Shown: positions 17,648 to 27,900 of the stretch, in pieces | Numbering within the stretch: the first letter of the stretch is position 1 | Layout of the letters: each line of letters opens with the position of its first letter | Assembly: GCA_965217775.1 (NCBI GenBank) | Contig: CBDCJH010000002.1 | Coordinates: 4,352,001-4,416,000, forward strand | DNA: 64,000 nt | Source: Acidobacteriota bacterium | GTDB lineage: Bacteria > Acidobacteriota > UBA6911 > RPQK01 > JAJDTT01 | Direction: 5' to 3' | Program-made: the position numbers and the translations under genes | Notes under the pieces: model-generated | Database searches by the model: none | What the model was told of the DNA's origin: nothing | What the model saw: only the letters and a program-made list of their open reading frames with translations

Positions 17648-18607
17648 TCAGCGGATCAGGCGCTCAGCCAACTCCAGCGCGTCCACCGGCCAGAAGCACT
17701 CCGGGCGAGGCCGGAAGACGTTGGCCCGGCCAGCCTCGGGACGGCAGTTGAGCACGCACTCGGCCCACTGGGACGGAACGGCGTCCCGGCCGTAGACGGC
17801 GCCCAGAAGCGCCCCGCAGATGGCCGCGTTGGTGTCGGTGTCACCGCCGCGCATGACCGTGTCCACCACCCCCTCTTTCAGATCCGGTGCATGGTTGAGT
17901 TGCCAGAGGGCGTTGCGGAAGGCCGTCAGGACCCAGCCCTGTTGATGGACGTAGTCGGCAGGCGGAGCCACGGCGGCGCCGTGGGCGGCGTCCAGCAGGG
18001 AGCGCTCCACCCCCATTTCTTCGGCCCAACCGGCGACGCGCTGATAGAGATCTCGAGGATTGCTCTCCACGCGGACGGCCTGGGCGATCGCCATGGCGAA
18101 GAGGGCGTTGGCCTGCCGGCAGACCGGGTGCGGATGAGTGAGCGCCGCGTCCCGGCGTGCCCACTCGGCCACCTGCGACCGCTCGCGGCGGGCTCCGAAG
18201 ATGCCCAGCGGGCTGATCCTCATCAGGGCGCCGTTGGCTTGGCTGTCCGGATTGGGCCGGCTCCGCAGACCACGGTAGATCGTGCCGCCGCAATCGAAGG
18301 GAACCGATTCCAACCAGAAGACGTAGGCCTTGCGGGCTTCCTCGGGATCGTACCTTCCCTGCTCCGCCAGCGTTCGGGCCAGCGACAACGCCATCTCGGA
18401 ATCGTCCGTGGGTTGCCCGGCGATGGTGTTCCAGGTTCCGCCGTCGGCCAGTTCCCGGACACCGGCGGGATACGCCAGTCGAATATCCTCGGGCCTCTGG
18501 AACTCCACCAGGCTGCCCAGCGCATCTCCGGCGAGTTGGCCCAGCAGGCACCCTTGGGCCCGGGCCAGGACGCCGGCATCTACGGATTCAGGCTTGATCC
18601 CGGTCAT
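17648..18607 (-). CDS. ADP-ribosylglycohydrolase (DraG/ARH family)
   Basis: GDALG, TDDSEM, NGALMR, THPH, GGDTDTNAAI. Confidence 0.93.
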   Translation of the reverse strand: MTGIKPESVDAGVLARAQGCLLGQLAGDALGSLVEFQRPEDIRLAYPAGVRELADGGTWNTIAGQPTDDSEMALSLARTLAEQGRYDPEEARKAYVFWLESVPFDCGGTIYRGLRSRPNPDSQANGALMRISPLGIFGARRERSQVAEWARRDAALTHPHPVCRQANALFAMAIAQAVRVESNPRDLYQRVAGWAEEMGVERSLLDAAHGAAVAPPADYVHQQGWVLTAFRNALWQLNHAPDLKEGVVDTVMRGGDTDTNAAICGALLGAVYGRDAVPSQWAECVLNCRPEAGRANVFRPRPECFWPVDALELAERLIR

Positions 18608-18868
18608 CGGTCCTGCTTTACACTCCTATCTCGTCCAGCATGCCGAGGGCCATGGAAGGCCGTTCGACACTCGCGAATGGCATCGCCACCAGACAGATGT
18701 CCAGGACGGGATTCCAATCAGGAGGGCAATTCCGGGTTCATGGCAAGTGTTTGGTCTACACCCGTCAACAAGCGTCTTTGGCCTGGGTCGTCAGTTGCTG
18801 ACCAGTGATTTAGCGAAGTCTACCCTGCGAAGACCGAGTTGGGAGACACGCCCCCGAAAAAATACGGC

Positions 18869-19198
18869 CTAAAGATACTCCACATGCCCCATCATCTCGT
18901 CGGCTTCCAATACCTGATGGATCATCATCAAACCACGAATGATCTCGCCGATCGTATTCTCTTGACTCGCAAAAACGATCCCTGAATGCCTTGATCCAGC
19001 CGCCGCCAGACGTAGGAAATCATCATCCTGCGTGACGATGACCCGTCCTTCTTCTCCCGCCCGTTGCAACTGATCCGCGTCTGATGCTCCCAGTGTTCCC
19101 GCTTCTGGAACGGTCAAGACATCCACACCCCGTCGTCGAAGCCCTAACACCACCGCTTTGGAAACCTGCTCATCCATGAAGAACCGGATCCTCGCCAT
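18869..19198 (-). CDS. DUF5615 PIN-like toxin
   Basis: RFFMDEQV...GVDVLTV...SDADQL...IVTQDDDF...HSGI. Confidence 0.88.
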   Translation of the reverse strand: MARIRFFMDEQVSKAVVLGLRRRGVDVLTVPEAGTLGASDADQLQRAGEEGRVIVTQDDDFLRLAAAGSRHSGIVFASQENTIGEIIRGLMMIHQVLEADEMMGHVEYL

Positions 19199-19508
19199 GC
19201 CGATCCTGCTCTCGAATCTTCCCAGGCAGCTTTGAAACGTTCTGGTGGCGTAGGGCTGCTATTAACTCTCTACTTTTTTCGATTGATCGGTCTATCTCGG
19301 CTCGATGGTCGAAATAGAAGGCTAATGCCGCATAAACATCTGCCAACGTCAGATCGTATTCGGTGGCGATTTCATCGGCACTCTTTCCCAAGTGCTCGTG
19401 CCAAATCGCAATGTTCGCGACTGTAATTCGGCGTCCGGAAATACGAGGTTTTCCACCTGATATGCCAAGCGTAATCTCAATATGTTGATTAACTGTGTCC
19501 GTTGCCAT
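19170..19508 (-). CDS. DUF433 antitoxin
   Basis: GGKPRISGRRITV...IATEYDLTLADVYAALAFY; overlaps the DUF5615 gene. Confidence 0.9.
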   Translation of the reverse strand: MATDTVNQHIEITLGISGGKPRISGRRITVANIAIWHEHLGKSADEIATEYDLTLADVYAALAFYFDHRAEIDRSIEKSRELIAALRHQNVSKLPGKIREQDRHGEDPVLHG

Positions 19509-19758
19509 TTGGGAACATCCTTTTCCGTTTCATATAGGGACAACACCTAAAGTGCCGACCCTTCTGGCCACCGAACCTCCACAATGACCGCGGAGGCCGT
19601 GTGCCAACTCGGTGTCCCGATCAAGTCCAACTTGTTGTCAGGCTGCCAACTCTTCTTTGGAGGTAGGTTACACCATTTGGATTGAAATCCGCGTGATCCT
19701 AAAAAGCTCTCCCACCGGCCGGGAGCCAGCGCGACCCGGCTAGAAAAAGGGCGGTTTG

Positions 19759-19836
19759 GGAGCGGGGATTTTTAAGCCCCCGATTTCCGGACGTGCGGGG
19801 GACAAGAATGTCCCCGCTCCAAATCGCCCCTCCTGG
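19759..19836. repeat. REP-like hairpin cluster
   Basis: GGAGCGGGGATTTTTAAGCCCCCG, GGGGACAAGAATGTCCCCGCTCC, AAATCGCCCCTCC. Confidence 0.7.
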
Positions 19837-19840
19837 CTGG

Positions 19841-22801
19841 TCAGCCAATATAGAGAAATTCGTTGGTGAGGAACAGGAGGTGACAGAAGCTTTCCAGAGC
19901 TTTCTTCTCCGCCACTGCCTCCTCGGCGTTGGCCTTGAGATAGAGATCCTTCTGGCGAGCCAGATGCGCTCCGGCGATCTGTGCTTCCTCGCGTGAGGGC
20001 CGGCGGGAGAGAGCCAGCAGGTAGGCGTTTTCGATCGCTTCTTCCGGATCGCCGTGGGACAGGCCGGCGACCCGCTGGGCGAAGGCCTGGGCGTTTTCGA
20101 CGACGAAATCATCGTTCATCAGCGTGAGCGACTGGAGCGGCGAAACCGAGTTCAACCGCCGGCTGCAGTTGGTCTGCATGAGGGGAGCGTCGAAGGTCTC
20201 CAGGAAGCCCAACGGGAAGTAACGCCGCGCCAGCAGGTACACGCTGCGCCGCCAGATTCCCGTGGCCTGGGCGTCGGCCGGCTCGCCGGGGCTGTCGGTG
20301 TGCGGGTTCAGTGTCTTCAGGCCGTCGGCCATCAGCGGGCCCTCGATCGGGGGTCCCCCCATGGTCCAGTCCAGCTTGCCGCTGGTGGCGATGATGGAGT
20401 CGCGCAAGATTTCCGCTTCCAGCCGGCGCAGGTTCATGCGCCACAAGAGCCGGTTTCCCGGATCCATCCGGAGCGCGAGCGAACCGGCCGGAGGCCCTTG
20501 GGACGATTGGCGGTAAGCCGTCGAGGTCATGATCAGCTGGTGGAGCTTCTTGATGCTCCAGCCCCGTTGCACGAACTCCACCGCCAGCCAATCCAGCAGC
20601 TCGGGATGGGACGGAGGCTTGCCCTGCTTCCCGAAATTGTCCTGGGTCTCCACGATGCCTCGCCCGAAGTGATGCTGCCACACCTGGTTCACGAACACCC
20701 GGGCGGTGAGAGGATGGTCGGGCCGGGCCAGCCAGCGGGCAAAGGCCAGTCGTTGGCCGCTGGTCTCTCCCTTGGTCCCGGACGGCCGGACCGCATCGGT
20801 CTCTCCGGGTGCACTGACCACCTGCAGGAAACCCGGCCGGACCGGGGGACCCGGACGCTCCACCTCGCCGCGCTGCAGCAGTCGGATCTTGGGCGGTGCC
20901 GCGAGGTCCCACAGGGCCTGGACCTTGTCCCAGGAACGGCGATAGCCGTTCAGGATTCGGATCCTTTCGCTCAACTTCTTGTGCGTGGCGAGGTGCTCCT
21001 CGTTCAGGGCCTTGACCACTTCCTCCGGGGTGACGGTCAGTTGTTCCTCGAACTTGGAGGCCAGGAATTTCTGCACCTCGTTCCGGTCGCCTTCGGGCGT
21101 GGCCAGAGCCTCTTTCGTCTCCGGGCGGATATTCTCCGGCAGGTCCTTGAGCTTGGCGTCCAGCAGGCCGTCGCGATAGGGGCGGTAGACCGCCTCGAGC
21201 CGCTCCTTGAGCTTGGCCACCGGCTTGTCGATCTCCGCATTGTGGCGCTCGATCTCCTGCTGCTCCCGTTTGGAGACACTGGGCAGGTGATGGTTCTTGG
21301 GCTGCAACCAGCGCACCGGGTTGTAGCCGGAGGCGAAGACGGACAGCATGCGATAGTAGTCCCGCTGCGGGATGGGGTCGTACTTGTGGCTGTGGCAGCG
21401 GGCACAGCCCATGGTCAACCCCATCAGGCCGGTGGAGACCTTCTCCATCAGATGGAAGAGCACGTCGTACCGCTCTCCCACCAGATTCACCACGTCCTGG
21501 TCGGTGCGGTCGAAAACGGAGCGGAGATAGCCCGTGGCGACGAGCTTGTCCAGGATTTCCGGCGTGTACGTTTCGGCCGAGCGCCAGTCCACCAGTTCGT
21601 CACCGGCCAACTGTTCCACCAGGAAACGGTCGTAGGGCAGGTCCTGGTTGAAGGCCCGGATCACCCAGTCCCGGTAACGCCACATCCCGTCGATGACGAT
21701 CACGTTTTCAACGGCGGAGTCGAACCCGGTGACGTCGCTGTAGCCGGCCGCATCCAGCCAATGGCGGCCCCACCGCTCACCGTAGTGCTTCGACTCGAGC
21801 AGCGTGTCGATGAGCCTCTCGTAGGCATCGGGTCTCTTGTCCTCCAAGTGGGCCCGGATGTCTTTCGGAGAAGGCGGAACTCCGATCAGGTCCAGCCAGG
21901 CGCGGCGCAGCAACGTGAGCTTGGAGGCATCGGGAGAGAAACCGAGTCCCTCGGATTCGAGCCGTTTCAACAGGAAGGCGTCGATCGGCGTGCGAACCCG
22001 CTTCCGATTCTTCACCTGCGGGACGGGTGCGGCCACGGGCTTCCGGAAGGACCAGAATTGGCGGTCCTCCTCGGTCACCGGCGGCGCTTCCGCCGGGTTG
22101 AAGCTGGTGCGCTCCAGGTGGGGCCGCAGGAGCCGGAAGTCCGAAGCGTCGATCCAGCGGGCCAGGGTCCGGATCTCGCCGTCGCTCAGCGGCTGCCCCA
22201 TGCCCGGGGGCGGCATCTCACGAGAGGTCAACTTGCGGATCAGGATGCTCTTGATGGAACCGAGGTCGGAGATCACGGGACCGCCTTCGCTTCCCTTCAA
22301 CACCGACTGCACCGTGCGCAGGTCGAGCCCGCCCATGGGCGTGTCCGTAGCGTGACAGGCGAAGCAGCGGTCCTCGAATATGGGAAGCGCCAACTCTTCG
22401 AACCGCGCGGTTTCCTCTTCCCGCTTGCCGGCGATGGTGGCTTCCTCATCCGAGGGGGCGCCCGCCTCGATCCAGCGCCGGACGGTGTCGATCTCCGAAT
22501 CGGTCAGCTTCAGGTTGAACGCGGGCGGCGGCATCATTCGCCGGGAGACCTTCCGGTAGAGCAGGCTTGCTTCGGGCGCGTGCTTCGCCACCACCGGCCC
22601 CTCATGGCTGCCGCGCAGAATGGAGGTGGCCGTGCGCAGATCCAGCCCGACCATGGCGGTGCCGCCATGGCAACTGTAGCAATTGGTCTTGAAGATGGGC
22701 TCCACGTCCCGTTCGAAGCTGGGTTGTGCGAAGACGGCCGCCATCGACAGCGCGCCCCAAATCGAAAGCGGGACCAGCAGACGAGAAAGCCGCACGGTCA
22801 A
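19841..22801 (-). CDS. Planctomycete cytochrome c / DUF1549 / DUF1553 (PSCyt-PSD1) protein
   Basis: CxxCH motifs (CYSCH, CFACH, CARCH), [35 protein letters not shown]. Confidence 0.92.
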   Translation of the reverse strand: MTVRLSRLLVPLSIWGALSMAAVFAQPSFERDVEPIFKTNCYSCHGGTAMVGLDLRTATSILRGSHEGPVVAKHAPEASLLYRKVSRRMMPPPAFNLKLTDSEIDTVRRWIEAGAPSDEEATIAGKREEETARFEELALPIFEDRCFACHATDTPMGGLDLRTVQSVLKGSEGGPVISDLGSIKSILIRKLTSREMPPPGMGQPLSDGEIRTLARWIDASDFRLLRPHLERTSFNPAEAPPVTEEDRQFWSFRKPVAAPVPQVKNRKRVRTPIDAFLLKRLESEGLGFSPDASKLTLLRRAWLDLIGVPPSPKDIRAHLEDKRPDAYERLIDTLLESKHYGERWGRHWLDAAGYSDVTGFDSAVENVIVIDGMWRYRDWVIRAFNQDLPYDRFLVEQLAGDELVDWRSAETYTPEILDKLVATGYLRSVFDRTDQDVVNLVGERYDVLFHLMEKVSTGLMGLTMGCARCHSHKYDPIPQRDYYRMLSVFASGYNPVRWLQPKNHHLPSVSKREQQEIERHNAEIDKPVAKLKERLEAVYRPYRDGLLDAKLKDLPENIRPETKEALATPEGDRNEVQKFLASKFEEQLTVTPEEVVKALNEEHLATHKKLSERIRILNGYRRSWDKVQALWDLAAPPKIRLLQRGEVERPGPPVRPGFLQVVSAPGETDAVRPSGTKGETSGQRLAFARWLARPDHPLTARVFVNQVWQHHFGRGIVETQDNFGKQGKPPSHPELLDWLAVEFVQRGWSIKKLHQLIMTSTAYRQSSQGPPAGSLALRMDPGNRLLWRMNLRRLEAEILRDSIIATSGKLDWTMGGPPIEGPLMADGLKTLNPHTDSPGEPADAQATGIWRRSVYLLARRYFPLGFLETFDAPLMQTNCSRRLNSVSPLQSLTLMNDDFVVENAQAFAQRVAGLSHGDPEEAIENAYLLALSRRPSREEAQIAGAHLARQKDLYLKANAEEAVAEKKALESFCHLLFLTNEFLYIG

Positions 22802-24234
22802 GCCTCCCGCGGAGGATTCTTGAGGATGTCCGAGACGATACGCGCGCCGGTGATGCTGGCGTTGGTGGGGGTCTCTTCCCGGCCCTCGTGGCGGACAGTC
22901 AGCCGCTTGTGATCGATTCCGAGTTGGTTCAGCAGGGTGGCCTGCAGGTCGGCGACCCCGACGCGGTTCACCGTGGACCGGTAGCCAAACTCGTCGGTCG
23001 CTCCGTAGACCAGGCCCTTCTTGAAGCCGCCGCCGGACAGCCAGAGGCTGAACGCGTTCCGGTTGTGGTCCCGGCCGTCGGAGTTCTGGGTGGTGGGAAG
23101 ACGTCCGAATTCGCCCGCCCAGAGCAGGATCGTGCTCTCCAGCAGGCCGCGGCTCTTCAGGTCCTTCAACAGCCCGGCTACGGGCTGGTCGGTCTTGGCG
23201 CAGATCGCGCTCAGTTTCTCCCTGAGCTTGGCGTGATTATCCCAGGGCTGTCCCGGTCCCGGATGGATCTGCACGAATCGGACGCCGGCCTCGATCAGGC
23301 GGCGCGCCATCAGGCAGCGCTGGCCGTAGCCGGCGGAGACGGGGTTGTCCATCCCATAGAGCTTCTTCGTCGCTTCCGATTCCTTGGAGACGTCCAGCAC
23401 GTCCGTCGCGGCCAGTTGCATGCGCGCGGCCAGTTCGTAGTTCTGGATGCGGGCCTCCAATTCCGAGTCTCCAGGGTGGCGGCCCAGATGCAAGCGGTTC
23501 AGCTTGGCCAGAGTGTCCAGCTCCGCCCGCTGCGCGCCGGGCGGCGGCGGCACCCGGGGATGCAGGTGCCGGACCGGGGTCCCGCTGGAGCTGAACTCCA
23601 CCCCCTGGTAGAGCGCCGACAGGAAGCCGCTGGTCCAGAGCTGCTTGCCCAGCGTCGAGTACCCCTCCGGATCGCGCAACACCACAAAGGAGGGGAGGTT
23701 CTGGTTCTCCGTTCCCAGTGCGTACGACACCCACGACCCCAGCACCGGCCGGCCCGCGAAGATGTGGCAGGTCAGCAGCATGTGCAGGCCTTCCGAGTGG
23801 TTGTTGTGCTCGGTGTGCATGGAGCGAATGAGGCAGATGTCGTCGACGACGGTCGCGATGTGAGGAATGGTCTCGCCCAGCTCCATGCCACTCTGGCCAT
23901 GCCGGCTGAACTGGAACGGGCTGGCCAGCAGCACGTTGGCGTTGTTGGGCTGATGGATCTCGACCCCGTCCGGGTGCGGCTTGCCGGACCACTTCGTCAG
24001 CTCGGGCTTGGGATCGAACAGGTCCATCTGGCTGGGGCCGCCATTCTGGACGAACTGGATCACCGCTTTCGCCGGAGCCGGAAAGTGGCCGTCCCGCGGC
24101 TTCAGATCGTTGTAGGCAAGGCGGTCCTCTTCGGCTTTCAGCATGCTGCTGAGAGCCACGCCGCCCATGCCGAGAGCACTCATTTCCAGTAGTTTGCGGC
24201 GGGAGATGGTATGCGGAAGAACGTCCCAGATCAT
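22798..24234 (-). CDS. DUF1501 protein, Tat-exported
   Basis: SRRKLL, GGPSQMDLFDPKP, ARRLIEAGVRFV, GEFGR, GRDHN, GATDE. Confidence 0.92.
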   Translation of the reverse strand: MIWDVLPHTISRRKLLEMSALGMGGVALSSMLKAEEDRLAYNDLKPRDGHFPAPAKAVIQFVQNGGPSQMDLFDPKPELTKWSGKPHPDGVEIHQPNNANVLLASPFQFSRHGQSGMELGETIPHIATVVDDICLIRSMHTEHNNHSEGLHMLLTCHIFAGRPVLGSWVSYALGTENQNLPSFVVLRDPEGYSTLGKQLWTSGFLSALYQGVEFSSSGTPVRHLHPRVPPPPGAQRAELDTLAKLNRLHLGRHPGDSELEARIQNYELAARMQLAATDVLDVSKESEATKKLYGMDNPVSAGYGQRCLMARRLIEAGVRFVQIHPGPGQPWDNHAKLREKLSAICAKTDQPVAGLLKDLKSRGLLESTILLWAGEFGRLPTTQNSDGRDHNRNAFSLWLSGGGFKKGLVYGATDEFGYRSTVNRVGVADLQATLLNQLGIDHKRLTVRHEGREETPTNASITGARIVSDILKNPPREA

Positions 24235-24285
24235 GGCTCGAAGTCCCTGAGTCCAGAGTTTTTATCTGCCCAAATGCTACGCCAA

Positions 24286-24446
24286 GGAGCGCCGACTTTC
24301 CAGCCGCCCAGGAGCGGCGGCTTTCTTGCCGCCGACTGGGACCGGCGACTTTCTTGTCGCCGGACTCCGGTGGAACAAAGGGGCGAGGAGGAAACGGGGC
24401 AACGCAAGAGCGGGCGACAAGGAAGTCGTCCCTCCTGTTCCCCCTG
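24286..24446. repeat. REP-like cluster containing an unoccupied group II intron target
   Basis: 24323-24362 is identical (40 bp) to the 3' exon of both introns. Confidence 0.85.
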
Positions 24447-24524
24447 TGAATCCCAGGATTGGACCTCCCGTTCCATACAAACTAGTCTTATACCTCGTCA
24501 GCATCAGCTCAACTGGAGGAGCTT

Positions 24525-24785
24525 GTGAATAACGTCTGGCAAGTAAAGGATGCCATGGCGCGCTTCATCGAACTCTTGGAGACAACCCTCGCCGAAGGAC
24601 CGCAAATCGTTACCAAGCGAGGGGTGGAGACGGCCGTGCTTGTCCCGATCGAGCAGTGGCGCCGACTGGAGAAACTGGCGAAGCCTGACCTCAAGGAACT
24701 TCTACTCGCTCCCGAGCCGCGCACTGAAGCACTTGCACCGCCACGTCGAAAACTCCGTCAACGGGCGGCTCCCCAACTCGATTAG
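24525..24785 (+). CDS. Phd/YefM antitoxin, orphan
   Basis: WQVKDAMARFIELL...GPQIVTKRG...AVLV; no toxin follows. Confidence 0.88.
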   Translation: MNNVWQVKDAMARFIELLETTLAEGPQIVTKRGVETAVLVPIEQWRRLEKLAKPDLKELLLAPEPRTEALAPPRRKLRQRAAPQLD

Positions 24786-24804
24786 ATCAGTTGAGCGGCG
24801 GGTT

Positions 24805-24902
24805 GGAGCGGCGGTTTCCAACCGCCGGACTCCCAAGGGAACAACGGGGCGGGAGTGTACGGGTGAATGGAAGAGGGGGCGATTGGAAATCGCCCCTCCT
24901 GG
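24805..24902. repeat. REP-like hairpin pair
   Basis: GGAGCGGCGGTTTCCAACCGCCG and GGGGCGATTGGAAATCGCCCCTCC. Confidence 0.75.
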
Positions 24903-24942
24903 TACACTACGGAGCAACCACCTGTCCGGGAGTTGAAGCGCC

Positions 24943-25695
24943 ATGAAACACCGTCTGAAGTACTTTCTACCCTTGTCTTTAGTCTGGCTGGCTGCGTGCA
25001 ACGTGGCGGTCACCGACGGCCCCTCCCAGTCCGATCCTCCGGAACGTGGGCCTCGCGTCCAGCCCGGCACCGGCATGGAGATCTATGCCCCGGAACAGCA
25101 CGACCTGTACGACGGCCGCTTCATCATCTCGGGGGCCCGCATCTACCAGGTCGGCACCCTGAACGACGAGAGCCCTTGGGACCACATGGGCAATGACGGA
25201 ACGAATCTGCGGCCGGTGGAGGGTACCGTCGATTTCGACGTCGACGAGATCAACAACACGGGGACCTTCCGCGCCGACCTCCAACTGCCCGAGGGCAACT
25301 ACGTCATCGACCTCGATGAATTCAAGGAGTTCTCACCGTGTCAGGACGGCGGCATCGCCGCCTGGCTGTTCGAGCACGGCGATTCCGGCTGCGGCGATGC
25401 CAATTGGCCCAAGAGCATTCTCTACGTGGCGGGCTGGGGGATCGGCTCCGCCACCTTGAACGGGGAGCCGCTCTACCAGGACTACCAGATCCATTTCATG
25501 GTCACCCAGGGCATGCGCGACCGGAACCTGGTAGCCCGCTATCCCCTCGACGGGAAGAGTACAGAAGCCGGCGCCGTGAACCCGGCCCTTCAACAACTGG
25601 ACTTCTACATCCGGAGCCCCGAGGCCAACGAGGCCAACCATCCCCAGCGGGAGGTTTTCGACCACTTCTTCGCCATGGAGGTCACCTGGAAATAG
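24943..25695 (+). CDS. Lipoprotein of unknown function
   Basis: Lipobox LAAC; GC3-rich coding bias. Confidence 0.7.
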   Translation: MKHRLKYFLPLSLVWLAACNVAVTDGPSQSDPPERGPRVQPGTGMEIYAPEQHDLYDGRFIISGARIYQVGTLNDESPWDHMGNDGTNLRPVEGTVDFDVDEINNTGTFRADLQLPEGNYVIDLDEFKEFSPCQDGGIAAWLFEHGDSGCGDANWPKSILYVAGWGIGSATLNGEPLYQDYQIHFMVTQGMRDRNLVARYPLDGKSTEAGAVNPALQQLDFYIRSPEANEANHPQREVFDHFFAMEVTWK

Positions 25696-25753
25696 TCTCG
25701 CCAGCGGCTCCGCGAGCGGCCGCTGACGACTGATTCACCAGGAGACGGCAGCG

Positions 25754-27787
25754 ATGAGATTCACATTACTCCTTCTCTTTTTCCTTCCTCCCGCGTTGGC
25801 CTCCGCGCAGACCACCGAACAAGTGGGCGCGATCCTCGAACTGCCGGTTCAATCTGCCGAAACAGTCGAGTTCCAGCTACGCCAGTACCTGATGGAACGC
25901 GTGCCTCCCCTGCCCACTCCTCGAAACGCCCGGGAATGGGAGACCGAAGCTCGGGAATTAAGGGAACGGGTACTGAAAGACGTGATCTTCCACGGTTGGC
26001 CTTCCAACTGGGTGGAAGCGGAACCCAAGTTCGAAGATCTGGGAATCATCCACTCCGGGAGGGGCTACCGGCTGCGCGGACTTCGCTACGAGATCATCCC
26101 CGGTTTCCAGACGACAGCCCTCCTCTATGAGCCGGAGAACCTGGCCGGGAAGGTCCCTGCCATCGTCAACGTGAACGGCCACACCCCCGTCGGTAACGCT
26201 ACCGGCTACAAGCAGATACGCTGCATCAATTACGCACAGCGAGGCATGCTGGCCCTGAGTCTGGAATGGTTCAACTGCGGGGAACTGTACCTCCCCGGGA
26301 ACGACCACTGGTTCGGCGGCCACATGAACTTGGCGGGTATGAGCGCCACCGGCCTTTTCTATCTGGCCATGCGTAAGGGCTTGGACTACCTGGAACGCCA
26401 CCCTCATGCCGACCGGGACCGCCTGGGGGTCACGGGCTTGTCGGGGGGAGCCTGGCAGACCGGGGTCTTGAGCGGACTGGATGAACGGGTAACCGCCGCG
26501 GCCCCGGTTTCCGGGTATTTCGCCTTCCTCTCGGCGATCGAGCGGAACGCCGATGTGGGAGACATGGAGTACAACCCGCCCGATCTGGGCATCGATTACA
26601 CCCATCTCACCGCCCTGCGGGCGCCGCGACCCACCCTGCTGATGTTCTCCGCCGAGGACAATTACTACGTGGGCCGGGCGGTCCTCACCAAGCCCTACCT
26701 TTACGACCAGATCATGCCCTTCTTCGCGTTGTTCGGGAAAGAGGAGGTCTTTGAATGGCACGAGAACACCGACCCGGGAACGCACAACTACGAGCTGGAC
26801 AATCGGCAACAGTCCTATCGCTTTTTCAGCCGCCACTTCGGATTGCCCGTGCAGGCCGAGGAGATCCCGGTGGATGCAGAGGTCAAGACCGCCCAAGAGC
26901 TGCGGCTGGGAATCCCTGAGGACAATCTCACCATCCTGGCTCTAGCGCGAAAGCTGGCCGGAGAGATCGAACAAGAGTCTCCACCCGGCGAACCGGAGCG
27001 GAAACGAGCCTGGGTCGGACGCAAGAGGCAACGGCTCCAGGAACTGGTCCGTTATCACTCTCGGAGTGTCAAACACCCCTGGGGCGTGGCCAATACCAAG
27101 AAGAAGGGTCTCGAGAGTGTTTCCTATCGTCTGGAATTCGACAACGATCTCAGCGCCTCGGCAATCTGGCTGAAAGCCATCGCCAGCCCTTCGGATGCTC
27201 CCGCGACGATCGTTCTGCATGACCGGGGTTATGCGACGGCAGCTTCACAGGTCTTCGAGCTCTTGAATCAAGGGACTCAGGTCTTGGCGCTGGATCTGAT
27301 CTTTACCGGCAATGCCGCCCCTGAAGGCCCGTTGCGGCCCGAGGGTTCACGGGCCAACGATCCTGCCCTGAATCAACTTCTGGAGGAGAGCAAGAACAAA
27401 TCGATGGCCGCCTGGATGGTCAGCCGGCCCCCTTCGGCGCTGTACGGACAACTGCTGGCGCCTCTGGGAGAGCGCCCACTCGGAATCAGGGCCGCCCAAC
27501 TGGTGGCCGCGGTTCGCTGGCTGGAAGAGACGACAGGCATCCGCCGCATCCGTCTGGAAACCAGCGGCATCCGCAGCCAAGTGGTGGCACTGGTCGCCTC
27601 GGCCCTGGAACCCGAGTTGTTCTCGCAGGTTCGGATTCGCCAGGGGATGAACAGCCTGAGTCATTTGTACGCCGTTCCCGTCACCTATCAGCAGGCTCCC
27701 GACCTCTTCTGCCGGGATCTCTTCAAGGAGTTCGACCTGGGTCAGATTGAGGTTCTGGCCCAGCCCACGGAGATTCGTCGAGAGTGA
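25754..27787 (+). CDS. Secreted alpha/beta-hydrolase (acetylxylan-esterase-like)
   Basis: Signal peptide; nucleophile GLSGG; APRP; THNY. Confidence 0.75.
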   Translation: MRFTLLLLFFLPPALASAQTTEQVGAILELPVQSAETVEFQLRQYLMERVPPLPTPRNAREWETEARELRERVLKDVIFHGWPSNWVEAEPKFEDLGIIHSGRGYRLRGLRYEIIPGFQTTALLYEPENLAGKVPAIVNVNGHTPVGNATGYKQIRCINYAQRGMLALSLEWFNCGELYLPGNDHWFGGHMNLAGMSATGLFYLAMRKGLDYLERHPHADRDRLGVTGLSGGAWQTGVLSGLDERVTAAAPVSGYFAFLSAIERNADVGDMEYNPPDLGIDYTHLTALRAPRPTLLMFSAEDNYYVGRAVLTKPYLYDQIMPFFALFGKEEVFEWHENTDPGTHNYELDNRQQSYRFFSRHFGLPVQAEEIPVDAEVKTAQELRLGIPEDNLTILALARKLAGEIEQESPPGEPERKRAWVGRKRQRLQELVRYHSRSVKHPWGVANTKKKGLESVSYRLEFDNDLSASAIWLKAIASPSDAPATIVLHDRGYATAASQVFELLNQGTQVLALDLIFTGNAAPEGPLRPEGSRANDPALNQLLEESKNKSMAAWMVSRPPSALYGQLLAPLGERPLGIRAAQLVAAVRWLEETTGIRRIRLETSGIRSQVVALVASALEPELFSQVRIRQGMNSLSHLYAVPVTYQQAPDLFCRDLFKEFDLGQIEVLAQPTEIRRE

Positions 27788-27790
27788 AAT

Positions 27791-27843
27791 AGGAGCGGGG
27801 GTTGTTAACCCCCGCCTCTTGGGGGGACAAGACTGTCCCCCCC
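27791..27843. repeat. REP-like hairpin pair
   Basis: AGGAGCGGGGGTTGTTAACCCCCG also present at 31973. Confidence 0.75.
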
Positions 27844-27900
27844 TAGTGAAAATTGCAGCGGAGATCAGTCGGTCCCTCTCGATTGTCACGGAGAATGCGA

